Of a DNA stretch of 64,000 bases, positions 36,638 to 46,726 are shown piece after piece. Position 1 is the stretch's first letter, and every line of letters starts with the position of its first letter. Below the pieces are notes generated by a model. That model saw nothing but the letters and a program-made list of their open reading frames with translations. It had not been told where the DNA came from and did not search any database. The stretch comes from an uncultured Clostridia bacterium (GTDB lineage: Bacteria > Bacillota > Clostridia > TANB77 > CAG-508). Where the stretch lies: positions 2,734 to 66,733 of the forward strand of contig CALXKE010000009.1 in assembly GCA_944388805.1 (NCBI GenBank). The letters are read 5' to 3'. Both the position numbers and the translations under genes were made by a program.

Positions 36638-37450
36638 TTAGAACACTTTCTTATTCAAATTTCCTATGAATTTTGCTACACCATCTTCATTATTGGTATC
36701 TGTTACCTCATCGACCATTTTCTTTATATCCTCTGGAGCATTTCCCATGGCTACAGAATGTCCTACAACTTCAAACATGGTTATATCATTATAGCTATCT
36801 CCTATTGCCACACTATCTTTCAAATCAATTTTTAAATATTCACACAATTTTTTGATTGCATTTCCTTTACTTGTGCCTTTACAAGTAATATCTAAGAAAA
36901 AAGGTTTTTCTTTCGGAAGTTTATCATTTACTAAACATTTTGATAAGTTAACAATTTCTATATTTTTTACATCTTTGATTTCTTCTTTCATATGTTGTAT
37001 CTTTTCTAATTCCAAACTTGAAAAGACGCATTGCGTGATTGGATTATTGATTACAAAATTTTCTATTGGCTCTTCTAATAGAATATCTGTATTATCATCT
37101 GTTTGTTTTCTTACAATTCTTTTTCCATTAGAAATCATAATAAGTTGTACATCATATCTTTCAGCCATATACCATAATGCTATTACTTCTTCATTTTTTA
37201 AAGCATTTAAGTATATCGTTTTCTTTTCTTCATAATCATAGATTTCTCCACCATTACAACCAATCACATAACTACTAGCTAGAGCCTTTTTACTTACCTC
37301 TTCTACATATTTTGTAGGTCTTCCTGAACAAATGACTATATATATGCCTTTTTCCTTAGTTTTACAAATTGCTTCTTTTGTTTTTTCTGTTATTTCTTTT
37401 TTATCATTTCTTAATGTTCCATCTATATCAATAAAAATAATTTTGTACAT
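36638..37450 (-). CDS. Cof-type HAD-IIB phosphatase
   Basis: IFIDIDGTL, SGRP and GDSYNDITMF motifs. Confidence 0.85.
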   Translation of the reverse strand: MYKIIFIDIDGTLRNDKKEITEKTKEAICKTKEKGIYIVICSGRPTKYVEEVSKKALASSYVIGCNGGEIYDYEEKKTIYLNALKNEEVIALWYMAERYDVQLIMISNGKRIVRKQTDDNTDILLEEPIENFVINNPITQCVFSSLELEKIQHMKEEIKDVKNIEIVNLSKCLVNDKLPKEKPFFLDITCKGTSKGNAIKKLCEYLKIDLKDSVAIGDSYNDITMFEVVGHSVAMGNAPEDIKKMVDEVTDTNNEDGVAKFIGNLNKKVF

Positions 37451-37579
37451 GAAATTTCAACCTTTCTATTCTTTATTTCAAAAAAATTCTATCACAAGAA
37501 TTTTAAGTTTACAACAAAAAAGTACAATAAAATGATATTATTGCACCTTTTTCTATTGTATAGAAAGGAATATGAAAAC

Positions 37580-38422
37580 TTATATAAGAATTTCATTATA
37601 TTCCTCTTCTTCAAATTGCTTTAAATACTCAATATATTCTTCTAAACACATATCATGTTCTTTCATATATGTTGCATTGTCGACTCCGACATATCGATAA
37701 TGCCATGGTTCATAGTTTATCATAGTAATATCTTTTTTATCTGTTGGATATCTTAAGGTAAATCCATATTTATATGAATTTTCTATCAACCATTTTTGGA
37801 CATCTGTTTGTTCTTGCTTTTCATCTAATATCTGATAATCTCTAGACACAATATCTACTGCCAATCCTGTTTCATGTTCTCCTGTTCCTGGAATTGCTAC
37901 CCAATAAGATGCAAGTTCTTCTGCTTCTTCAGAACTACCTCCCCATCTTTTATATTCTTTAACTTTATTATTATACAACTTTTGTTGTTTGGCATTTGTT
38001 CGATAACTTGAACAAATAAGAGGTGATAATCCTTCTTTTCTAGCATCTGCTAGCATTTGTTTTAAAGATTCTGCAATTCGTTTATCTACTTGATGACCAT
38101 CTTCCACCTCTTCTAATTCTACTGAATATCCTTCTGGAATTTTATGATTTTTATTTACCAGTAATAATTCCCAATCAGATGTATTGCTATCAATATCTTT
38201 TTCTTTTTTATTTTCATCTTTTCTTATAATAGCTTCTTCCCTATTGGTTGTATTATATAATTCTTTTACATTTACACTTGTTTCTAATGATGCTTGTACT
38301 TCTTTTTTATACATAATATATTTATATACAATAGTAAGAATCAATACAACTAATATCATCAATATAATACAAATATTGGTGTTTATGATATTTCTTATTT
38401 CATTTCCTTCTACTTTTCTCAT
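37580..38422 (-). CDS. M15-family D-alanyl-D-alanine carboxypeptidase (VanY-like)
   Basis: N-terminal TM segment. SSYRT, HETGLAVDI and EPWHYRYVG motifs. Confidence 0.85.
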   Translation of the reverse strand: MRKVEGNEIRNIINTNICIILMILVVLILTIVYKYIMYKKEVQASLETSVNVKELYNTTNREEAIIRKDENKKEKDIDSNTSDWELLLVNKNHKIPEGYSVELEEVEDGHQVDKRIAESLKQMLADARKEGLSPLICSSYRTNAKQQKLYNNKVKEYKRWGGSSEEAEELASYWVAIPGTGEHETGLAVDIVSRDYQILDEKQEQTDVQKWLIENSYKYGFTLRYPTDKKDITMINYEPWHYRYVGVDNATYMKEHDMCLEEYIEYLKQFEEEEYNEILI

Positions 38423-38674
38423 ATGCTTTTTCCTTTATTTTTTATTTATCTGTTATGTGTTTTTATTAGCTATATTTTAACATAAAGTTATATCGATTCG
38501 CAACAACAGTATTTTCCATTTTTATCTATTTATATATTACCATTTTTTTAGAAGAGGTTACAAAAATTCTTCTATATGTACAATAATTTTATTGACTTTT
38601 TTACAATATAGTTTATAATTAAACTAATAAACATTAGTGTCCATAGCTTTTTGGCTATGTTATTCATTAATATA

Positions 38675-38712
38675 GGAGAAAATCTAAATACTGATTTTCT
38701 CCATTCTTATTT
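38675..38712. terminator. Hairpin terminator in the vanY-like/GNAT intergenic region
   Basis: ggagaaaatc-taaatact-gattttctcc followed by attcttattt on the plus strand. It could also end the minus-strand GNAT operon. Confidence 0.5.
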
Positions 38713-38815
38713 AGTAGTATAAGTACTAAAATCTTTTTTAAAATACAATTAATTAAATTTCATATCCATATCCAACTAATGGATAATTTTTTCCGCCTAT
38801 ATATTTGTTATTTAC

Positions 38816-39388
38816 CTACTCAATATATTTATTTCTAATATATGTTTCATTAAATTCACTTTTTAAGATATCCATTAAAATTTTGTCATAATACTTTCCA
38901 TTTAAATAATATGCTTCTCTTAGTCTTCCCACTTCTTTAAATCCACATTTTTTGTAACAAGCAATTGCTCTTTCATTAAATGCAAAAACACTTAATTGTA
39001 TGCTATTTAGATTTAAATAATGGAAACCATAATCTAATATTAATTGGATAGCTTCTTTTCCAATACCTTTTCCTCGATGTTTTTCCTCTCCAATAAAAAT
39101 ACCAAGTTTTGCTGACCTATTGATATAGTTAATATTTTCTAGACTAATGGTTCCTATCATTTCGTCATTTTCTAAGGTTACAATAACAAAATAGTACCTT
39201 GTATTATCATTATCGTGAACATTTTCTAAATATTCCTTCTCACCATTTAAAGTTACCATTAATCCACTTCTTCCTAATCCATCTGTTACTTGAAAATCAT
39301 TTAGCCATTTAGTAAATATTTCTACATCTTCACTATTTCTTGGTGATAAATATATAGTGTCTCCTACTAGTTTTTTAAAATATTTCAT
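38816..39388 (-). CDS. GNAT N-acetyltransferase (RimJ/RimL/MccE-CTD-like)
   Basis: 190 aa with an acetyl-CoA motif (HRGKGIGKEAIQL). Confidence 0.85.
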   Translation of the reverse strand: MKYFKKLVGDTIYLSPRNSEDVEIFTKWLNDFQVTDGLGRSGLMVTLNGEKEYLENVHDNDNTRYYFVIVTLENDEMIGTISLENINYINRSAKLGIFIGEEKHRGKGIGKEAIQLILDYGFHYLNLNSIQLSVFAFNERAIACYKKCGFKEVGRLREAYYLNGKYYDKILMDILKSEFNETYIRNKYIE

Positions 39389-39403
39389 CTTTGCTCACCT
39401 ACT

Positions 39404-40405
39404 TTATTTTTGATTTCGTATTTGTATACTTGCCTTTCCATCCTTAGCTTCTATTTTCGCATATCCTCCAATTGGGAATGTACAAATTGGTGTTGTATGT
39501 CCAAAATCTACATTAGCAATAACAGGTATATCATTTAATTCTGCTTTATTTTTAATTAATTTTATCCATTTTTCATCTGTCATATTGCAGTTTTTCTGTG
39601 CTCTTCCTATTACAATTCCTTTTACAGTTTTTAATGTATGTAATAGAGATTGTAGATTTCTATCAAATTCCATTATGAAGGCATTTCCTGCCATTCCATC
39701 ATCTTCTAAGAATAAGATTTTGTTTTCTACATCTGGCATATATTCGGTACCTTGTAATAGATTTAATGTACATAGGTTACCACCAACAATTTCTCCCTCT
39801 GCCTTTCCTTCATTGATAGTTAAATAACCTTTGTTTTCAAAAAATTCTCTATTTTCTTGGTCAATAAACCAAGCATCATCACTCCATTCTTTAGATGGTA
39901 GTACATCGATTTCTTCATTTTCTTCTATGAACATTTTTTTAAAATATTCTAAAGTATATTCAAATCCTTTTTTCATACCAAAGCTTGAATAATGTGGCCC
40001 ATAATAAGTTATTAGTCCTGTTTTTGCATAAATGGAATCTAATAAAGCTGTGATATCTGAATATCCACATAAGATTTTAGGATTTTCTTTTATTACATCA
40101 TAATTGATATATTGTAATAATTGATTAGAACTGTATCCACCAATTACAGTTAAAATTGCCTTTACATTTTTGTCTTTAAAAGCTTCTTCTAAGTCTTTTA
40201 CTCTATCTTCTATTTTGGCACAATTATAATCATCATCAAAAGAATCCATGACATGTTCTGCAAATGTAACTTTAAATCCTTCCTCTTCTAATCGTTTTGT
40301 TGCAAGTTCTATGCAATCCTTTCCTAAGATTTTCATACTTCTAGAAGGTGCAATGATTCGAATTTCATCACCTTTTTTTAATTTTTCTGGTATGATTGTT
40401 TTCAT
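39404..40405 (-). CDS. S66-family LD-carboxypeptidase (MccF/LdcA-like)
   Basis: 333 aa. IRIIAPSRS, nucleophile GYSDITAL, FLEDD and FGHTTP motifs. Confidence 0.85.
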   Translation of the reverse strand: MKTIIPEKLKKGDEIRIIAPSRSMKILGKDCIELATKRLEEEGFKVTFAEHVMDSFDDDYNCAKIEDRVKDLEEAFKDKNVKAILTVIGGYSSNQLLQYINYDVIKENPKILCGYSDITALLDSIYAKTGLITYYGPHYSSFGMKKGFEYTLEYFKKMFIEENEEIDVLPSKEWSDDAWFIDQENREFFENKGYLTINEGKAEGEIVGGNLCTLNLLQGTEYMPDVENKILFLEDDGMAGNAFIMEFDRNLQSLLHTLKTVKGIVIGRAQKNCNMTDEKWIKLIKNKAELNDIPVIANVDFGHTTPICTFPIGGYAKIEAKDGKASIQIRNQK

Positions 40406-40584
40406 AAAAAATTCCTCCTTTATATATTTATTTCTTTTGACATATATGTAATTTTTGTCATTGTAATAAATTATAATCTATTATAATTTGATTTTTTTAA
40501 TCTGTTTTCTTCATACTGATTATAATATGTTTTTCATATTTTATCTACCTTTTCCATAAATATTTTTCCTTTATTTTAATATAC

Positions 40585-40709
40585 AAAAAACCTCACTAAA
40601 GAAATCTTTTATTAAGACTCCTCTAGCAAGGTAAATTTCCTGCTTTCTGTGTAGAAACCTATTGGTTACTTCATACCGCTCGAGTTTCCTCTAGGTATGC
40701 TCTTAATGT
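40585..40709 (-). ncRNA. Candidate structured 5' leader or riboswitch-like element (class unknown)
   Basis: It lies between a near-consensus promoter and a U6 run. A hand fold gives a closing helix UUAAGA/UCUUAA around 2-3 hairpins. The 3' strand of that helix is shared with a weak hairpin that is followed, 7 nt later, by the U-run. It is less AT-rich than its surroundings. Confidence 0.35.
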
Positions 40710-40715
40710 TTTATT

Positions 40716-40744
40716 ATTTTATCATGGCATTTACCATTTGTCAA
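40716..40744 (-). promoter_or_regulatory. Sigma-A promoter (TTGACA-17-TAAAAT)
   Basis: On the minus strand: TTGACA (40744-40739), a 17-nt spacer, then TAAAAT (40721-40716). The predicted start is near 40709. Confidence 0.5.
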
Positions 40745-40842
40745 TTAAATTATGTAAATTTAATCCTATAACTGTACAAAATTTTATATTTATTAAAAGA
40801 AAAACAGGTAAGAAACTCTCCTCACCCGTTTTTCTTATTAAA

Positions 40843-41499
40843 TTACTTGTGCTTTTTTCTTCTGTCAAAAAATACTAAAACGTTGGATAACGCAAAAATT
40901 GCTACCATAAATACCAAAATCCACTTTATGACTCCTAGATAGCCTATTTGCTTATAATCTAGAAATTTGTAGGCATATTCTCTAGAACCTCCTATTCCAA
41001 AAAATCTTCCTCCCAAAGCATGATATATATATACATATATAACATACCCCCAAGGAATACCTAGCCAGATAAATGGATAAGAATATTTAAGATTACCTTT
41101 TTCATCAAATAGCAAATAATCTCCTATGACCATAATGGGAGAAATGATATGAACAAATATATTTGCCCAATATCTTTCTGGTCTCATGGTATAAGATATA
41201 TCCATTTGAAAACCATTTGGTGCTAGTGCTACTTGATAGGTAATTGCAGTAATCGATATTGCGATTACTATAGCACCTTTTAAGCAATAATATTTGCTGT
41301 CTGACCGGTAATCTTTCTTTAAGATTATAGCTCCCATTATCCTTACAAACATTACTAAGCAAATACTATTACTTAGTAGTGTATAATAAGATAATATTGC
41401 ACTAATTGATATCGTGTGAACAACATTTAATAGTATTCCAGTAAGAAGGCTTAACATCACAAGCAATTTAAAAATAATAGAAACTTTTCTTTCTTTCAT
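40843..41499 (-). CDS. Integral membrane protein (possibly Pr6Pr/FAR-17a-like)
   Basis: About 218 aa from the ATG at 41499 (AAAGGAGG RBS), with six hydrophobic segments. Confidence 0.5.
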   Translation of the reverse strand: MKERKVSIIFKLLVMLSLLTGILLNVVHTISISAILSYYTLLSNSICLVMFVRIMGAIILKKDYRSDSKYYCLKGAIVIAISITAITYQVALAPNGFQMDISYTMRPERYWANIFVHIISPIMVIGDYLLFDEKGNLKYSYPFIWLGIPWGYVIYVYIYHALGGRFFGIGGSREYAYKFLDYKQIGYLGVIKWILVFMVAIFALSNVLVFFDRRKKHK

Positions 41500-41654
41500 A
41501 CGCCTGCCTCCTTTTATATTTTCATTATATACCGCTTTTTCCAAATTGTAAAACAAAATCACTGAGAAATTCAGTGATTTTATTCCTATTTCAATATAAC
41601 ACGTTACTTTTATTTTACATTTGTAGTTCTAAAACTCTATAATTTAAAAATATA

Positions 41655-41999
41655 TTAAAAATAATATTGTTTATTACAATTATGACATTGATAATGAAAA
41701 TCTGTACAAATTTTATAATTTGTATTTTGATAATATTTTAAAATTTCTTCTAAATCTTTTATACATTTATCATGGTAAATATAATAACAATCCTCTTTTG
41801 TATTATATACTACTCTTCCTCTTGGATAATAATCAAAATCGACCTTATATTTGTTTTTATAATACTTTTCCCATATATCCATATGACTTTCAGGAAAGTT
41901 TAAAAAGTCTCCATATAATTCTGCTTCTTCGTTTTCACATTTATGAATTAAAAAATACTTTTCCTTAGAATTTTGAATACAGAAAAATAGTAAAACCAT
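41655..41999 (-). CDS. Hypothetical protein
   Basis: 114 aa with YPRGRVVY and a C-terminal CHNC pair. No family recognised. Confidence 0.4.
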   Translation of the reverse strand: MVLLFFCIQNSKEKYFLIHKCENEEAELYGDFLNFPESHMDIWEKYYKNKYKVDFDYYPRGRVVYNTKEDCYYIYHDKCIKDLEEILKYYQNTNYKICTDFHYQCHNCNKQYYF

Positions 42000-42049
42000 A
42001 TATTCTCCTTTTTATATTTATTATTTTTTTGATAATTTCATCAGCACTA

Positions 42050-42622
42050 TTATATATTCTTAACCACTCTACATGGATTTCCATGTGCTACTGTATTTGA
42101 TGGAATGTCTTTTGTGACAACACTTCCTGCTCCTATTGTTACATTGTCTCCTATTGTCACACCTGGTAATACAACAACATTTCCACCAATCCATACATTG
42201 TTTCCTACTTTGATTGGTTTTCCAAATTCTAGTCCTTGATTTCTTGTTTCTACTTCTAACGGATGTCCTGCAGTATAAAAGCCACAATTTGGTCCAATAA
42301 ATACATTATCTCCAAATTCTACTTTTGCTACATCCAATATTACACAATTATGATTTACATAGAAATTTTCTCCCACATTTGTGTTGTATCCATAATCACA
42401 ATAAAAATTGGATTCTACCTGTAAATTTTCTCCTGTACTCCCTAATATTTTCTTGATAAATTCCTTTCTTTCTTCCATTTTATCTGGACTTATGTGATTA
42501 TATTCATAACACATTTTTTTGCATTTTCTAATTTCTAACATTAATTCTTCACTATTAGCTAAATTATATAATTCTCCTTTATCTCTTTTTTCTTTTTCTG
42601 TCATAATTTTCTCCTTTTTCAT
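42050..42622 (-). CDS. Sugar O-acetyltransferase (maltose/galactoside acetyltransferase, hexapeptide repeat)
   Basis: Mac N-terminal region (GELYNLANSEELMLEIRKC) and LbH repeats (GNNVWIGGNVVVLPGVTIGDNVTIGAGSVV). Confidence 0.9.
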   Translation of the reverse strand: MKKEKIMTEKEKRDKGELYNLANSEELMLEIRKCKKMCYEYNHISPDKMEERKEFIKKILGSTGENLQVESNFYCDYGYNTNVGENFYVNHNCVILDVAKVEFGDNVFIGPNCGFYTAGHPLEVETRNQGLEFGKPIKVGNNVWIGGNVVVLPGVTIGDNVTIGAGSVVTKDIPSNTVAHGNPCRVVKNI

Positions 42623-42676
42623 TTATCTAGTTTTATTATGAACAATCATATCAAAATTATAAATGAAATTTATACA

Positions 42677-43378
42677 TTACTGTATTTGACTAACCAATTC
42701 ATCATATTGATTTTGTAATTCTTCACTATTAAATACAATGTTTTCGCCTTGAATTTCCCAGCCAGATTTATTTTCTGCAAGGAAGTTAATGACTTGTGAT
42801 TCCGTATCGATGACACTCATTGCTTCATCTAAAGATGCCTCTAATTCTGCATTATCTTCTTCTATTGCTGTATCTTCTGATAAGGCAATTTCTTTATACA
42901 AGTCTATATAATAGTCATCTAAATTTTTATTTTCTATGTATGACATAGCTCCTTCATTTGATAATAGTTTTAATACTTCTGTTTTATATTGTTCCATCTT
43001 TTCTTTTGCTTCTTCTAAAAATTGTTTCGTTTGAACAAAATCTGGTCCATCTTCTACATAATTTTCAGGTGTTAATGCATTTACAATTCTTTCATCATTT
43101 AATACATCTGCAATACTAACTGTAGCATTAACAACATCTGCTAAATAATCTTTCATTGCTTTTTCTAAAACACCATAATCTCCTGTGGTTTTTATTTCCC
43201 TTATTTTTTGGTCTATTTTGTCAAAGTCAATATTTTCTGCACGTGTTAGATTTTCAAATTCTAACATTTCTTGTCTCAAAGTATCCTCTTGTTTTAAATC
43301 TTTTACTACTAAAATGCCAATACCTACTACTGCGACTAATACAATAGCTATGATGACTCCAATAATTGCTTTTTTCAT
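42677..43378 (-). CDS. Membrane-anchored acidic helical protein
   Basis: 233 aa with an N-terminal TM segment, then an acidic helical region. No motif recognised. Confidence 0.5.
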   Translation of the reverse strand: MKKAIIGVIIAIVLVAVVGIGILVVKDLKQEDTLRQEMLEFENLTRAENIDFDKIDQKIREIKTTGDYGVLEKAMKDYLADVVNATVSIADVLNDERIVNALTPENYVEDGPDFVQTKQFLEEAKEKMEQYKTEVLKLLSNEGAMSYIENKNLDDYYIDLYKEIALSEDTAIEEDNAELEASLDEAMSVIDTESQVINFLAENKSGWEIQGENIVFNSEELQNQYDELVSQIQ

Positions 43379-43724
43379 TTTTAATTCCCCCTATTTTCAA
43401 ATATACTTTTAGTTTATCAATAACATATATATACTGCAATCTAATTATATGTCCTCTTTCTTCTGTTTTATGCACATTTCTATACTTTTCATAATATATT
43501 CTCTTTTTTTCTCTTTTTATGAATTTTATAAAATTTATTTTTTACGTATAAATCTTTATCTTTTACATATACTATCATTAACATTTAATTTTATATATTA
43601 AATGTCATTATTTCGTTTTAAGACGTTTTAAGACCTCTTTTAGAAGAGGTCTTATCTTTTATCATAAACTTCACTTTTAAGTTAACTATATATGAATTTT
43701 TTATATCTAACAATGTTAAGTTTC

Positions 43725-45947
43725 TTATATTTTCTTTAATCTTAAACTATTTAATGTAACTGTCACACTACTAATGGTCATGCTAAAAGCTGCAAACATA
43801 GGATTCATCGTGATTCCGAATGGAATTAATACACCTGCTGCAATTGGTATCATACAAATATTATAGAAAAATGCCCAAAATAGGTTTTGCTTAATAATTC
43901 GCATTGTTTTTTTACTAATTTGTATTAAGTCATTGATTTTATCCAAGTTGTCTTTCATTAAAACCACATCACTACTATCCATAGCAATATCTGTACCACT
44001 TCCAACAGAAACACCAATATCAGCTTTTACTAAACTAATACTGTCATTAATACCATCTCCGCACATCATGACTAATCCATTTTCTTTGAGTTTTGTAATT
44101 TCTTCTGCTTTTTGTTTTGGTACAACACCTGCAATGACTTCTTCTACGCCAATTTCTTTTCCAATTGCTTTTGCTGTTTTTTCATTATCGCCTGTTAGCA
44201 TTACGGTATATATATTTTGTTTTTTCAACTTATCAATGACTTCTTTGGCATTTTCTTTTATAATATCTTTTACACCAATTAAAGCAATTAAGGTATTCTC
44301 CTTTGCTACGAATAAGATACTATTTCCATCATTTTCTAATATTTCATCATCACTCATTTCATTTTCTTTTATCGTTTTATCAATGTTGATATTGTTTTCT
44401 AACATTAATTTTTTATTTCCAATAAAATACATTTCACCACTATAATTTGCTTGTATTCCAAATCCAGAAATATTTTTAAAATCTGTCACTTTTTTAGAAT
44501 CCAGTAGTATATTTCTTTCTTCTGCATATCTTACAATTCCTCTTGCAATTGGATGTTCTGAATGATTTTCTATATTAGCTACTACTTCTATGATTTCATC
44601 TTCTTTTAAGTTAGAATAGTTAAATATTTGTGCTATACTTAAATGTCCTTTTGTTAAGGTTCCTGTTTTGTCAAATACAATTGTTTTTATTTTATGTGCG
44701 TTTTCTAGAGCTTCACTTGATTTTACTAATATTCCTTTTCTACTTGCTAAGCCTGAAGCCATGACAATGGCAAGTGGAGTTGCTAATCCTAAACTACAAG
44801 GACAAGCTACAACCAATACAGTAATAAAGATATTAATGATAAATCCAATATCTTTTCCTAATATAGCCCATATAACGCTTGCTAAAATAGCAATTAAGAT
44901 AATACCTGGAACAAAATATCCACTAATGGTATCTGCAATTTTTGCAATTGGTGCTTTTGCGTTAGTTGCTTCTACAACCATTCTAACAATTTCAGATACA
45001 GTTGATTCTTTTCCAATTTTTTCTGCCTTGTATTTTATACTACCATCATAATTCATACTTCCAGCAATGACTTTGTTTCCTATTGTTTTCTTTACTGGAA
45101 CACTTTCTCCTGTAATAAAGGATTCATCAATATGTGTTGTTCCCTCCAAGATTTCACCATCTACTGCTATTTTTTCTCCTGGTTTACAAATCACTGTATC
45201 TCCTTTTTGAATCTCATCTAATGTGACTTGTTTTTGCTTTCCATCTTTTTCTATGGTAGCTAAGTTCGGGGTGATCATCATTAAATCTTGTATTGCTTCT
45301 TTCGTTTTATCTTTGTTTCTTCCTTCTACATATTTTCCAATTTTGATAAAGAAGAGGATAATCACAATAGACTCATAATATAAATGATGAACGGCTTCTT
45401 CATTTCCTATAAAGATTTGATAGGTATTATACATACTATATAATAAACTGCTGATAACACCTAACCCAACCAATGTATCCATATTGGGTGTTTTATGCAC
45501 TAAATTTTTATATCCATTTCGTATAATATCTTTTCCTAAAAATATAGCAATAATGGATAAAATAAATTGCACAATGGAAAAGTTAATTGGATGATAATGC
45601 ATATTCAATATTCCAAAAATAGGTAATCCTACCATTTGTCCCATAGAAATATATAAAATTAAAATGGCTAAGATGGTTAACCCAATCAATTTATATTTTT
45701 CATTTGATGCTTTCTTTTTTTCTTTTTCTAATTTGTCAATTCCTAAACTTTCGAAGCCTGCTTTTTCGACAAATTTTTCTATTTGTGGAATATTTAATAA
45801 TTTCTCATCATATTCAATACTCGCATTATTCATAACAAGATTGACAGATGCTTGTTTAATACCTTCTTGTTTATTCAAATACTTTTCTAGTCCATTAGAA
45901 CAAGCACTACAAGTCATTCCATCTATTTTTAACAGAACTTTTTTCAA
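43725..45947 (-). CDS. copA: Copper-translocating P1B-type ATPase
   Basis: HMA domain (GMTCSAC), CPC, DKTGTLT and GDGINDS motifs. Confidence 0.95.
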   Translation of the reverse strand: MKKVLLKIDGMTCSACSNGLEKYLNKQEGIKQASVNLVMNNASIEYDEKLLNIPQIEKFVEKAGFESLGIDKLEKEKKKASNEKYKLIGLTILAILILYISMGQMVGLPIFGILNMHYHPINFSIVQFILSIIAIFLGKDIIRNGYKNLVHKTPNMDTLVGLGVISSLLYSMYNTYQIFIGNEEAVHHLYYESIVIILFFIKIGKYVEGRNKDKTKEAIQDLMMITPNLATIEKDGKQKQVTLDEIQKGDTVICKPGEKIAVDGEILEGTTHIDESFITGESVPVKKTIGNKVIAGSMNYDGSIKYKAEKIGKESTVSEIVRMVVEATNAKAPIAKIADTISGYFVPGIILIAILASVIWAILGKDIGFIINIFITVLVVACPCSLGLATPLAIVMASGLASRKGILVKSSEALENAHKIKTIVFDKTGTLTKGHLSIAQIFNYSNLKEDEIIEVVANIENHSEHPIARGIVRYAEERNILLDSKKVTDFKNISGFGIQANYSGEMYFIGNKKLMLENNINIDKTIKENEMSDDEILENDGNSILFVAKENTLIALIGVKDIIKENAKEVIDKLKKQNIYTVMLTGDNEKTAKAIGKEIGVEEVIAGVVPKQKAEEITKLKENGLVMMCGDGINDSISLVKADIGVSVGSGTDIAMDSSDVVLMKDNLDKINDLIQISKKTMRIIKQNLFWAFFYNICMIPIAAGVLIPFGITMNPMFAAFSMTISSVTVTLNSLRLKKI

Positions 45948-45992
45948 ACTATGTTCCTCCTTCTTTATTATTTTGCGTATATTTCTGATTTC

Positions 45993-46211
45993 TTATCTTA
46001 CAACTTCAAATCCAGCATCTTCAATTGCTTCATAAAAGTCTTCTAGTTTTGCAACTGTTTCATCATATTCTATGTCTGCTAGTTTGTTTTCTAGACTAAC
46101 TTCTGCATTTTTTACCCCTTCTACATTACTTAATACTTTTGTTAATCTTTTTGAACACCCTTCGCAATGCATTCCTTCAATTTTAATTTCAACCTTTTTC
46201 ATATTTGACAC
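45993..46211 (-). CDS. copZ: Copper chaperone CopZ
   Basis: 72-aa HMA domain with GMHCEGC. Confidence 0.9.
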   Translation of the reverse strand: MSNMKKVEIKIEGMHCEGCSKRLTKVLSNVEGVKNAEVSLENKLADIEYDETVAKLEDFYEAIEDAGFEVVR

Positions 46212-46297
46212 CTTTCCTTTCTTTTTCTATATTTTATTAAAATCATATATTATATTTTAGCAAAACTGTAAAAATAGCGTTTTGCATAATTCTTTCT

Positions 46298-46597
46298 TTA
46301 TCGCATTTTTTTGAATAAATTCATAATTTCTTCTGTCACTTCTGTATTCCCTTCTTTTATTTGTTTTGCGATACATCTTTCTAAATGTTTTTCTAAAATG
46401 ACATTTTCTAAACTTTCTAATGCTTTATTAACAGCTAACATCTGCGTTAAAACATCGTCACAATATCGATCATCTTGTATCATTTGCTTAATACCTCTAA
46501 TCTGTCCTTCAATAATATTTAATCTTTTCATTAATTGTTTCTTTTCTTCTTCATCTCTATATGTTTTCTTCTTAGAAGTACAACAATTTTTTTCCAT
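46298..46597 (-). CDS. csoR: CsoR-family copper-sensing repressor
   Basis: RLNIIEGQIRGIKQMIQDDRYCDDVLTQMLAV is typical of CsoR/DUF156. The ATG at 46597 is preferred over the upstream GTG at 46606. Confidence 0.9.
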   Translation of the reverse strand: MEKNCCTSKKKTYRDEEEKKQLMKRLNIIEGQIRGIKQMIQDDRYCDDVLTQMLAVNKALESLENVILEKHLERCIAKQIKEGNTEVTEEIMNLFKKMR

Positions 46598-46622
46598 GTT
46601 CCTCACCTCTCGAAAATATTAT

Positions 46623-46639
46623 ATACCCCCATAGGGTAT
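46623..46639. promoter_or_regulatory. Putative CsoR operator
   Basis: ATACCCCCATAGGGTAT is a GC-containing inverted repeat of the ATACCC-n-GGGTAT type described for CsoR operators. It lies about 25 nt upstream of csoR. Confidence 0.6.
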
Positions 46640-46726
46640 ATGTCAAGATAAATTTTTTCTTTCACAAGAAAAAAAACCTAAAATATTAAACATATGTCTA
46701 ATATTTTAGGTTTTTATTTCTTGTTT

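Noticed and set aside
41105-41362. Same-strand alternative-frame ORFs (also 42069-42287, 43254-43475, 34069-34175 overlap)
   Set aside because: They are embedded in, or overlap, better-supported frames. The exception is the peroxiredoxin case, which is explained by a frameshift.
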